Virus record (IMG/VR): IMGVR_UViG_3300028561_000005
Strand: one strand, 5' to 3'
Origin: an uncultured virus (IMG/VR IMGVR_UViG_3300028561_000005)
Taxonomy: Duplodnaviria; Heunggongvirae; Uroviricota; Caudoviricetes
Length of the DNA: 20,000 bases
Shown piece by piece: positions 12,001 through 16,560 of the stretch. The notes under the pieces were generated by a model. It had not been told where the DNA came from. It saw only the letters and a list, made by a program, of their open reading frames with translations, and did not search any database. Both the position numbers and the translations under genes were made by a program. Position 1 is the stretch's first letter; every line of letters begins with the position of its first letter.

Positions 12001-12161
12001 ACGGTTTTACGTTGTCTAATACCGTCGTATGCTGATCTAAATAACTCTGCGTTGGTTTCCGCAAAAGATGCTATATTTGAATAACTATCTTTAGTAGATT
12101 CTGCAAATGCGTAACCTGCAGACTTAGCCACATTCTTGGCATATTCAGTTATTTTTACCAT
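1..12161 (-). CDS. Giant virion protein (>4,050 aa, 3' end outside window): tape-measure-like / tail-associated peptidoglycan hydrolase
   Basis: ATG at 12161 follows RBS AAAGGAGG and reads MVKITEYAKNVAKSAGYAF. The same frame is still open at the left edge (…GSKYEPGARIGSNTK). The ORF track lists no long minus-strand ORF here, consistent with no in-window stop. Contains long helical/coiled-coil stretches, Gly-rich hydrophobic repeats and three C-terminal hydrolase-like domains. Confidence 0.88.
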   Translation of the reverse strand, partial: MVKITEYAKNVAKSAGYAFAESTKDSYSNIASFAETNAELFRSAYDGIRQRKTVAKRVATRFKESPAFEISSMFIKNAIEDLKTGDFYNQARVEDYETKYGGDLFSIGDFDLPELGFDPDRLDDLNFQDGDLLVSRSIVKSNKITSKAVANAMLRGSQAQIEANKEIASMLYTQNIELTRQLNNSVSTVNDNMVTGFKDVTSIAKTMSEQQAKFFTSTTETLDNISKNLESINEVFNPKKKSGSEYSPAKHTLDSVMVSSVDLRAYLNEVKTRGVNDAISQIPMIGAFLNPDFLKQMDTMMGGSMFRQAAANPMQAVMNAIVGGALPKSLKKSVAQFDASIGSLFPAFIGRMNSMAKDSSWGTKGTVNRMLGKLFGLDTDAKTSIKYQEVKGVPTAWDDTSKHYLEEVIPYYLRKMTAALTGEAEMVFDDKTGKWKSLSKVRKEFKDDIASQYRRPFSSSYDDFDSGVCRATSGMTFRNLDDKEQFEKDYDAFKKYVYKQGDINIKGKQARDLGMSSDRNLNIIRQAMLEMEPHMVMDLIAEIQSNKASVSRKYKDITKGTALYKLFTEGEDLDFTRDQSRNSRNKSTVDRHLNNDKGSNFFNLTKLTDEYNKTVFDYLRLINGNIEFFKTNGMITYPQGIGNGGQPIGSNPNNGPIIPMVNGRNNAGMANVPSGYFDRANSTNARLVSNSDTEAAARDRQRAQDRDYHRRNLDYMTGRAGQIIVDSNTDMEEILANMQQTSAEERRKARQDLEEEESLLDIITDGAARRERNRDKFKELTSFKDKWAAASNIGERVFLVKDKLQSWIDAPSRMMEKAVLAADRHIFDLLYKTSTQMTDDNGQPVQGFMGLLKYKAMESFNTIKDTVTDIFGKAKDKLSQTKFGQWLANTKDRLSQGEASPLGKFKAAFKNEIGNIKGTYGNAFGSLADAFGYTDYREKFKAKRRAAAEEAALTPEMIGQILAFESAQDPEAIRKALTMTEEESKLHASAMNETDRARFESFRGNASKIASAKKLRVKYQSVVDDPNASEVAKKAAQRKLDEINKVLSPASRLASVNRTADMTSELNRIFNTLDTQNTINTTARATGNLRRELRANNDIINGGGTYATDEERQDAIEKAKERVAEINQQIKENDELIAKSVDELRSINEQRSYVEEQLKQASANADLINNLSVNPFQAVFDAATKQREAFQNELTNAISDLDKFQQQYEQYNLQAVALHDKITDPHANYSPEELAQLIAERDELTGKAEEMRGTYIPQAKSLKARAQSRVNRANAKFNSDVEAMLKRFTIDSSVVGRLDSERSDRYDRLNSQYSLYGENSFDSMMNTATDDESSPVYRDANGQYRSRADRDKIREERDKYAYDLFSAEYGANLDPKTAQFLAQYSRNKELMKQFAASVQDPELKARFERIADGNYVYNEFGDIDSETRTRYNDITNASMFARGGKNKSSKSMLSIMSPNEKIITSGGSVYTVPKMGIYSIPGKSTVINPADDATIAKQAAAEKNFKRRLLTNARANDGLSGTRVGEIAKGIGYQGLAKGAIGGIAGLLVGNPLLGAGIGMGSQLIQSNKVLNQALFGSIIDYDENGNPIHANDGLIKESVQQALPSMKTGGLLGSVAGLLTPLGPVGGAIVGAGLGFLKNTKFVQDRLFGDGMLLSEDNRKAIKAAFPNVAIGAAAGALMGPFGLLGGALLGGGAGFLTTTEKFKSALLGEKNEDGTRDGGVVGALKDNLVTPLKNFGLDLFEDIKENLHEDFLDPIKDAMAPITTELKNMFTFIPNMIADTFKEHISVPLANLVRDYVADPIKKLTTGILKKATSVIRLPFKLIGKGLFGTLGNMAKTAGIKNGRAGSYMTAAERNEFRQRHKSKFLVGDKYAEYDKNLAAYSETASVEDLELIKNSIAFNIDGERGLNKEIGNNSRAIGKKISDKFRTRFGNAARSIDRAIEQGKYEKAFDLIRNTKTVDGQRMSKEEADAFIAEVQQLLKQRDEILAKRDTYKATDEKVAEYASKLGIKKFNKKSAKQKRAIMDSLKAEINAKNAASIKYGSQGEAESRSADLQADIFARNAEAVEVSTNAFADFAAALKNVTKFMNGIGNFRNINDNAVYNNGNGVNMNQAIDISNIQNTFEDSSANRQHILDAALDAADGVYDREQQRFLDTHVAKLRKFKLYSKITPQKFPLVFDVSSEDVIRLLNDMGDKGWFIDLEALTDFFELSETDKNKVYNIANFKFTGKKKFVFKKELLDTICTLTKRESAKLGKVLSEENVYILNQFKNDSVGLKRYISTLSNNKSKFKEFRAKDIWSASNNGMERAVGRFNEGVRTVASKIPVLNRFASEENHESMRMGIQNLLDRNHVSVFDRLSSNFNQDERRDELIKKISETRFFKNDPKYSVKALKAMTTDELEAILRQIPTNAEANDGLSEFADDVLLPNDPRRNRPEAGSKEEAEAKKDKAEKVGIFQTMKNKITAIADFIIPKNDSEDEDESFFGKIKKFFGKVFGIGKLAVGVPLFVGAMAKWVIPFCKDKLVPWLVGEKDSSGNYTGGIASGVVNGINNTVIPWVEDTALPKVKSVLGDLWSTGITTLRDDVLPTVMDGLIERLPEIIEGALLGAWELIKSGAKTISSKVGFGKSGNKKAGNSITSSARRATGTTGAEINESKLKRDAYDNSNSNAFADVAKSSVFGPLAENAEGVAINNANYQNYLANRGIGTQYLDENFAEEIAGNASFQSIRNADVQQTNATGYKGKSLFQMAGRSFLNNAAGMGALGNIAGKAGAGIFKGVSKVPGIGIVGRLGEGAMNVINAPANVGRKFRDWTLKASGRAAANIATDVAEDAVETAATAAVRTAAGADKKAKLLAKVGTFLKEVLTKLFGNSKIVEKIAPLAKKVGMSKKALGEKLAKTGEKLAANLAKKLGMESVEVLAKVLGKATVILAIAQAVLDFIAGWDNARNVLGIVDEEVSVFERFFAGLTNVISGLCCSIIPADFIANVLLDLFSFLGADFAKAIKTKQDNALEAIDMYNAENGTDFETVEDFNRAVNPTEWQKIKSTVKGWFTKADKEVESTASKTKVKTNAKVNDGLDPFGVDAVDAAIDEALATNAYANNKLSPLNMLMPTGGNFIDNLINSISGGKNITEQMARYESMNKSATSQIDEGKIKINDKRFWYINTGNDTTFAASLYKLSEFMRRAISSPLTIIQDAINSVFDTEASSATQLTNNEVSGTGYSVSHESMHDMTTPKPIQKTSTTTSKSSTTTKKKGKIATFFSNLFGGKKKSGKGSEFKNRKLKYLIPPKPLDDEQASYIKSQYSGGANPHLYQRDYDDRFNISGDSNFQSIADSGCGPVVASEVLARRGLNYDVRDAARNALGYKERNAGTFPEFFGDYLGKNGVRTANVGTRSDLRRRLANGEDVILMGQSGRGTTPFGNQNAHYVLATGMKNNKIVVQDPEDPFGDRIYDANDTIRDSIYAISAGRGKRSGRGITPLSYRKGVKSGTGPALTPQQEKNLYTILHECIVSREAGTAGGYHAVCPNDNGSGISIGTIGFHATLAADVLRGMAARVTDADDKAYLLNIANRATSAISQSEADKLSKVLEKYESIAKDVQDNLAFKLYKENNMSHPLKLYNSGILQNPLSMIVPADIYNTGVHTGWADGWRPAHKGGKEEINDVVNRMATSSWWATCGSQYSGAWVNRIKDTGAKLANIDLNNYQAGTIFDEFSTNASIDGSSVAGDAGTTTVDNTFIGQLGAYVTKVMRKLYGGLYDAVFGAASATTGNAAAGVGALGDDDYLTSVSENGSDAWFLTTLEGSSVSSGYRRPERPDHGGIDYAAPEGNKLYSPVDGTVVFAGWNTGGYGNLTIVQDTHGYYHIFGHQCQLPPVHEGDEVFRGTLVGYCGTTGESTGPHLHYQVNKPSDMWHADVDPNQYDYSDYIKSAAQRAGIVPSSNDVMGPLLPNNTKTTTNTTSSSTSSTLVGPPAPNKKSGKGFVDKALVRQAANGKRPSGSCDSSRTSGTANFKKVSTNAVTRAVDAVKRAEAKAAANASGTGSTGSKYEPGARIGSNTK
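420..765 (-). other. M23 zinc metallopeptidase domain within the giant protein
   Basis: Manual translation gives SSGYRRPERPDHGGIDYAAPEG…GGYGN…GHQ…GTTGESTGPHLHYQV…VDP. HxxxD at about 722-708 and HxH at 479-471 are the LytM/M23 zinc ligands. Confidence 0.93.
1080..1670 (-). other. Putative lysozyme-like (muramidase/transglycosylase) domain within the giant protein
   Basis: IVSREAGTAGGYHAVCPNDNGSGISIGTIGFH…GAWVNRI. A Glu at a helix end (1626-1628) followed by a GISIG hairpin resembles lysozyme-superfamily domains. Pattern recognition only. Confidence 0.55.
1780..2245 (-). other. C39-like (papain-fold) cysteine peptidase domain within the giant protein
   Basis: HLYQRDY…SIADSGCGPVVASEVL…AHYVLATG…IVVQDP. 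Q (2226-2228), C (2157-2159), H (1890-1892) and D (1842-1844) occur in Peptidase_C39-like order. Confidence 0.85.
7040..7560 (-). repeat. Three degenerate Gly-rich hydrophobic (glycine-zipper-like) protein repeats within the giant protein
   Basis: GAIGGIAGLLVGNPLLGAGIGMG…LFG / GGLLGSVAGLLTPLGPVGGAIVGAGLGFL…LFG / GAAAGALMGPFGLLGGALLGGGAGFL…LLG. Confidence 0.8.
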
Positions 12162-12183
12162 ATACGTACCCCTCCTTTGCTGT

Positions 12184-12195
12184 TATACTAATGTT
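12184..12195 (-). promoter_or_regulatory. Putative AR9-type late promoter (AACA-N6-TA)
   Basis: Minus strand AACA-TTAGTA-TA lies between a terminator and the RBS of the giant structural gene, matching the AR9 non-virion RNAP consensus AACA-N6-TA/G. Confidence 0.6.
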
Positions 12196-12220
12196 TTGCT
12201 TATAGTAAATGCTAAATATG

Positions 12221-12260
12221 AAAAAAAACTATACCGGAAGGCTATAAGCCTTCCGGTATA
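12221..12260 (-). terminator. Intrinsic terminator
   Basis: 14-bp perfect stem TATACCGGAAGGCT/AGCCTTCCGGTATA (12230-12260) followed by T8 on the minus strand, just after the stop at 12265. Confidence 0.92.
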
Positions 12261-12264
12261 ATAA

Positions 12265-13324
12265 TTAATTTGAATACGTTACTTTCCGACGAAGTGCTGC
12301 TAAGTCTGATGCGTCACATACGCCATTGTTGTCCATGTCGCAAATCTTTGCACGACTTGCTGGTACTCTCTTGTCCACGAGAGCAGCTGCTAATTCTGAA
12401 AGATCTGTGATATCAACTACACCGTTGCAGTTGTAGTCACCTTTCTTAAGTCCGAAGTTCCAGCGTGTTGAATTATCGTATATTGTGGATGTAGCCTGAA
12501 TATTTTTAGCACTCGGAAGTCTCCATGTGTCATGTGTAGTAGCACCAGTCTTATACTTCGAATCAGACTTTAAAAATTGTATGAAATAATTACCTGCTGT
12601 ACCATATGTATTATAGTCAGTTCCATCCCATGTCGGATCACAATTATACCATTCTCCATCAATTTTTACTTTAACCCACATGTGAACTGAATTAACGACC
12701 AGTTCACATTCGAGACCAGCATAATTACATATCTTGTCAAATGCTCTTCCGAATCCTTCACATACACATTTTTTTATCTACTAAAGCACCGATTGCGCAA
12801 CGGGCATTAGGCGCATCTGATACGTATTTAACGTTTGTAACAAGCCACTTGTTAATAGCTATAGCCTTTTCAAGATCACTCATGTTTGCTGTAGCTATAG
12901 AATTCCAAACAGCTTTCGCAGCATTGTTTTCTGCATTGTTTTTAGCAGTCCAATCACTCTTGGTGTTTTTGTATGTTATGCTGATCCGACCAATTATTAT
13001 CTGTTTATTGGCATTATACACTGGTGAAATTGATATCGCGTCAGCGATTTCAATGTTGTTACAATCTTCAGTTATTCTCGCATCGCCCACGAGTCGGTTT
13101 ATACGCTGTATTGTTGGATCGTTTGCATCCGAAAGATTCTGGATAACCATATCACATGATGATAAATCGATCACGGTCTGACCGTTTAAGAGACCATTTC
13201 TTATGATCGACATAATGGCTTCATCCGATGCCGCTGCGGATACCGGGATTGCTGAGCAAAGTATCACTAAGCTCATGATTGCTGACAGGAATCCTGCCAG
13301 AAGTTTACTAAATCGTTTTTTCAT
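12265..13324 (-). pseudogene. Secreted transglutaminase-like (Cys-His-Asp) protein with C-terminal dockerin, frameshifted at an A7 run (about 352 aa if repaired)
   Basis: Track ORFs 12758..13324 and 12265..12681 join if one A is removed from the run at 12769-12775, giving GALVDKKCVCEGFGRAFDKICNYAGLECELVVNSVHMWVKVKIDGEWYNCDPTWD. N-terminal signal peptide MKKRFSK…IPVSA and RBS AAGGAGG. Dockerin at about 12280-12441 (GDYNCNGVVDITDL…CDMDNNGVCDASDL). Confidence 0.85.
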
Positions 13325-13397
13325 AGGTATAAACCCTCCTTATAATATTGCGGTATGATTACCATACCAAATTCCCTAAAATACCATTTTTTGGTAT

Positions 13398-13409
13398 CAT
13401 TAGAATGTT
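13398..13409 (-). promoter_or_regulatory. Putative AR9-type late promoter (AACA-N6-TG)
   Basis: Minus strand AACA-TTCTAA-TG just downstream of a terminator and about 74 nt upstream of the ATG at 13324. Confidence 0.45.
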
Positions 13410-13426
13410 CACAATTTGCTCACAAT

Positions 13427-13463
13427 AAAAAAAATAAACGAGCAGGAAGTTATCCTGCTCGTT
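13427..13463 (-). terminator. Intrinsic terminator
   Basis: Stem AACGAGCAGGA/TCCTGCTCGTT (13437-13463) followed by TA and T8 on the minus strand, after the stop at 13469. Confidence 0.9.
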
Positions 13464-13468
13464 AGCAA

Positions 13469-13894
13469 TTAGTTTGTGAGTCTGTCAAATACCGCGTCAA
13501 TAACTTCGTTAGGCTTGTTCCACCACTGGTGCTCTCGTATAGCAATAGCACTCCGTACAAGTTTTCTACCGAAGTTCGGATAATAATAATCATTTACCAT
13601 ATACTTGATGTATGATTTCTGTGATGGTGCATCAGTTTTAAGCTCATCACGCACAATCTTTATCATACCCGCATAGAGACGTGCCGCAAATTCAATCTCA
13701 GTTCTATCCTGCTGGTATCCATACAGAATAATGTTTTCGTTATTGTTATACAGGAATTCATATATCCTATTCATTATAACTGTATTCTGAGATGGTCCGG
13801 TTGGTCTGAATGGCTTGTTATACACGGGGACATCACGATCTGGTCCCTGAGCTGTCATAAACATTAATGGACGGTTTTTATAATTACATTTCAT
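13469..13894 (-). CDS. Hypothetical protein (141 aa)
   Basis: RBS AAGGAG, tight packing with the upstream gene, ends at a terminator. No recognisable motif. Confidence 0.8.
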   Translation of the reverse strand: MKCNYKNRPLMFMTAQGPDRDVPVYNKPFRPTGPSQNTVIMNRIYEFLYNNNENIILYGYQQDRTEIEFAARLYAGMIKIVRDELKTDAPSQKSYIKYMVNDYYYPNFGRKLVRSAIAIREHQWWNKPNEVIDAVFDRLTN

Positions 13895-13905
13895 ATTACG
13901 TCTCC

Positions 13906-14262
13906 TTAAATATCACGGTGGTCTTTTCCTTCAAAAACGATAAGCTTTATAGATTTCTCACTTTTCCTCCAGACTTCCAGAAGAGCGTATTCCGGAAGTG
14001 CTGTGTCGTCAAATGCTAAAACCTTAACAGCGTCAACACATTCGATTCGATTTTCCCAATAGGAATGGTAGAACACGAATGGGTCTGGATTGTGTTTATT
14101 ACGCATTTTGTTGTCGATATGCTGATAAACATCCTTGACGGTAACTACATACCTGGAATCCGTTGCAGCCTCGAAGTCGTGTAATATCGTTGCTGTGGAA
14201 TTCTCTGGTTCGGTCATCATTAATGCAGTTCTTCCTAATCTGGTTGTACTTATATGACTCAT
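13906..14262 (-). CDS. Hypothetical protein (118 aa)
   Basis: ATGA overlap with the upstream stop and RBS AAAGGAG. Confidence 0.8.
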   Translation of the reverse strand: MSHISTTRLGRTALMMTEPENSTATILHDFEAATDSRYVVTVKDVYQHIDNKMRNKHNPDPFVFYHSYWENRIECVDAVKVLAFDDTALPEYALLEVWRKSEKSIKLIVFEGKDHRDI

Positions 14263-15077
14263 TTCATTTCTCCTTTATCATTCACGGTCTTGAAATATGA
14301 TAATAAATTTTCCGAAGCACTAACGATAGAATTAATGCATGAACGACAATAGTTCATTTCGGCATATGTATATGTCTCATCATCTGAGATTGTAAATTCT
14401 GCATCACACATTTTGCATTTACGTGTATTGGCTTCATCAGACGATGTATCAGTGCTGCGAGTTATGGTGTCAATGCCGTTGATCATTTCTTCAATGAAGT
14501 TCATGCCGTATAGGGCATTTAATTCTTTCTTAGTGTCTCTGTCGATTCTTTTCTTGGGTTTGTCTTTGCCGAATACATCGACGTATAGCTGTTTCTGGTC
14601 GTAACGATGTCCGTCAGCTAACGCGAATATTTTCTGTAAGCATGTCGTTGCCGGAGCAGATAATTCCGGTGATGATATACTTAACGCAAGCAGTTTTATA
14701 AACTCAACGTCATACAGTTTCGAGTCACGATGAAAAGTTCGATTCAAATTGATTTCTGCAAGAAATCTTCTGAAATCAATTTTTGTTATCATATTCATGA
14801 CGATATAGTCTTCAATTGATTCAGCATCTTTCTTGATTGTTTGATATGGCATATCGATTACGAATGTCAGTTCAGTTCTTCCGAATGCTATAGCCACATT
14901 CATTGAACACGGTATGCTAATATTGTTAGGGTTTTCTATAGCATAGATTAAATTGATAATCTTTTCAGAAATTTCTTTTGTTGTTTTAGCTGTGCATACG
15001 GGTTCGGTGTTCAGTTCACCACATGATATATACACATTGTAACGGATTGGTTCCTCAATAAATATTGTTAATGACAT
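14259..15077 (-). CDS. Hypothetical protein with C-terminal CxxC…CxxC zinc-finger motif (272 aa)
   Basis: RBS AAAGGA; CKMC-x18-CRSC near the C-terminus. Confidence 0.75.
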   Translation of the reverse strand: MSLTIFIEEPIRYNVYISCGELNTEPVCTAKTTKEISEKIINLIYAIENPNNISIPCSMNVAIAFGRTELTFVIDMPYQTIKKDAESIEDYIVMNMITKIDFRRFLAEINLNRTFHRDSKLYDVEFIKLLALSISSPELSAPATTCLQKIFALADGHRYDQKQLYVDVFGKDKPKKRIDRDTKKELNALYGMNFIEEMINGIDTITRSTDTSSDEANTRKCKMCDAEFTISDDETYTYAEMNYCRSCINSIVSASENLLSYFKTVNDKGEMK

Positions 15078-15096
15078 AATGGTTTCCTTTCTACAA

Positions 15097-15297
15097 TCAA
15101 TTATTGTTAAGCATACCGGTTATTGATTCTGGTGTGCCTTCAACTACATATGCTTTACCAGAAGTCATGATGATTCTGGTTTCTGTTGGTGTCGTTGCCT
15201 TAGCGACCGATTCGATAAGGTCTTTGTTGATTGTAACAGTTTTCTGTAACTCAGCCTTTCCTGAGATATTAGGTTCATTAAATGTAACGAATTTCAT
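15097..15297 (-). CDS. FlbD/SwrD-like small protein (66 aa)
   Basis: RBS AAGGAG. TINKDLIESV…TETRIIMTSGKAYVVEGTPESI resembles the FlbD pattern (N.DLIE…DT.I.L..GK…V.ES…I) and has a similar length. Confidence 0.55.
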   Translation of the reverse strand: MKFVTFNEPNISGKAELQKTVTINKDLIESVAKATTPTETRIIMTSGKAYVVEGTPESITGMLNNN

Positions 15298-15315
15298 ATT
15301 CTACATCTCCTTCAT

Positions 15316-15348
15316 AAAAATATCCGGGAAGCATGATAGCTTCCCGGA
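15316..15348 (-). terminator. Intrinsic terminator, probably partial read-through
   Basis: Stem TCCGGGAAGC/GCTTCCCGGA (15323-15348) followed by TATTTTT on the minus strand. Confidence 0.8.
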
Positions 15349-15377
15349 AATATTTGTTGGTTTGTGATAAACGTTTC

Positions 15378-16208
15378 TTAAATCTTATTATTATAGCCGG
15401 CGAAGATTGCTCTTGTGTCGAGCGGTCTTGAATTAAATGCTGATGATATTGCTGACATGCCGCACATATAGCTCCATGAGCCGTTCTGCTTAATTGCTGT
15501 ATATGAGCATACCCAGTTTCTTGTGTCGTCGTACACGTTTACTGTACGTTCTACAAATGTATTATCTGATGATGAGCGGTCTATTACCTGGAGATATGTT
15601 GCTGCATTGTTGTAAATTCCATTATATATGCTTGTCTGAGTACGAGCAATTCTTGGAGTTGACACTGATGTATAATACATTATATCTTCGATATATCCAT
15701 ACTTGTCGCTCATACCCATAACCGGATTTGAGCATGCTCCGCCGACGAAGAGTGCATCGCCAGAACGTAATGCTGATGAATATGTAGTAAATGTGCTGCT
15801 TGACGCAAACATTCCGCAGTTGAACTTTCCGTTTTTGTCAAGTCCCTGAAGAAGTACATTTGTATCGGTTTCTCTTGCTGGAACAAGAGATGTTGATGTA
15901 GTCGTACCTACTGAGAAATTGGTGTCAATCTTAGCAATGATTCGGTTGAGTCCAACTACATCGCTCATATTGATTGAACCGTTACTGTCAATATCTCCGA
16001 CAGTTTCATCAACAGCTCTACCGTTGATGAATGCCTGCTTGAGAGTTGATAAATCCATAATATCTACTCTACCATCTTTATTGACGTCGCCTGTAGCGTA
16101 CATCTTTACGTTTGGAATTGATACCGCAGCTGATACTGTTGTAGCAATTGATGCTGTGATACCGATTGCTGCAGCGAGAATTGTTGAAATAATCTTAGTC
16201 ATCTTCAT
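15378..16208 (-). CDS. Secreted protein with N-terminal dockerin domain and unknown C-terminal domain (276 aa)
   Basis: Start at 16208 follows RBS AAGGAGG. Signal peptide MKMTKIIS…ATTVSA. Duplicated Ca-binding dockerin repeats GDVNKDGRVDIMDLSTLKQ and GDIDSNGSINMSDVVGLNRII at about 15935-16091. Confidence 0.88.
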   Translation of the reverse strand: MKMTKIISTILAAAIGITASIATTVSAAVSIPNVKMYATGDVNKDGRVDIMDLSTLKQAFINGRAVDETVGDIDSNGSINMSDVVGLNRIIAKIDTNFSVGTTTSTSLVPARETDTNVLLQGLDKNGKFNCGMFASSSTFTTYSSALRSGDALFVGGACSNPVMGMSDKYGYIEDIMYYTSVSTPRIARTQTSIYNGIYNNAATYLQVIDRSSSDNTFVERTVNVYDDTRNWVCSYTAIKQNGSWSYMCGMSAISSAFNSRPLDTRAIFAGYNNKI

Positions 16209-16228
16209 AATTTGTGTCCTCCTTATAA

Positions 16229-16546
16229 TTAGCACTTGCCCTTGTAGTTTGTATATACTCTTACGAGTGAACCTCTTGAATTGTAAACTTCAAGTCTACT
16301 GTTGTTTACAATTGCGTAGTTCATTCCGTAGTATATTCCTTCAAGGGAACCGTTGCTGTAATAGATAGCAAAGTCACGTGTTGAGCCGTTTGATGACATC
16401 ACGTTGAGCTTTACGCCTGTACTGATTGTTGTATACGCAGATACAGTTATAGATGAATCGATAGAACCACCAGGTATAACTGCCGGTGCGAATGCGAGTG
16501 TTGCTGCAAGTAATACACTTCCAAGCATTTTAGTGAGTTTCTTCAT
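16229..16546 (-). CDS. Small secreted protein (105 aa), paralogue of 16561..16863
   Basis: RBS AAGGAGG; signal peptide MKKLTK…SITVSA; mature region of about 68 aa rich in Tyr and predicted beta structure. Confidence 0.82.
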   Translation of the reverse strand: MKKLTKMLGSVLLAATLAFAPAVIPGGSIDSSITVSAYTTISTGVKLNVMSSNGSTRDFAIYYSNGSLEGIYYGMNYAIVNNSRLEVYNSRGSLVRVYTNYKGKC

Positions 16547-16560
16547 TTTAATTGTCCTCC

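Noticed and set aside
7..12064. Numerous plus-strand and short off-frame minus-strand ORFs in the track
   Set aside because: They are shadows of the giant minus-strand gene, with Ser/Leu/Pro/Phe-rich antisense composition and no recognisable motifs.
12265..12681. 138-aa ORF as an independent gene
   Set aside because: Its Met lies inside the transglutaminase HMW motif and has no RBS; it is the 3' half of the frameshifted gene.
14505..14535. KKELNALYG, resembling family B DNA polymerase motif B (KxxxNSxYG)
   Set aside because: No motif A or C, and the protein is only 272 aa. An isolated short match does not support a polymerase call.
16209..16235. Track start at 16235 for the dockerin protein
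   Set aside because: The extension overlaps the upstream stop and contains the real RBS. ATG 16208 gives a canonical signal peptide.
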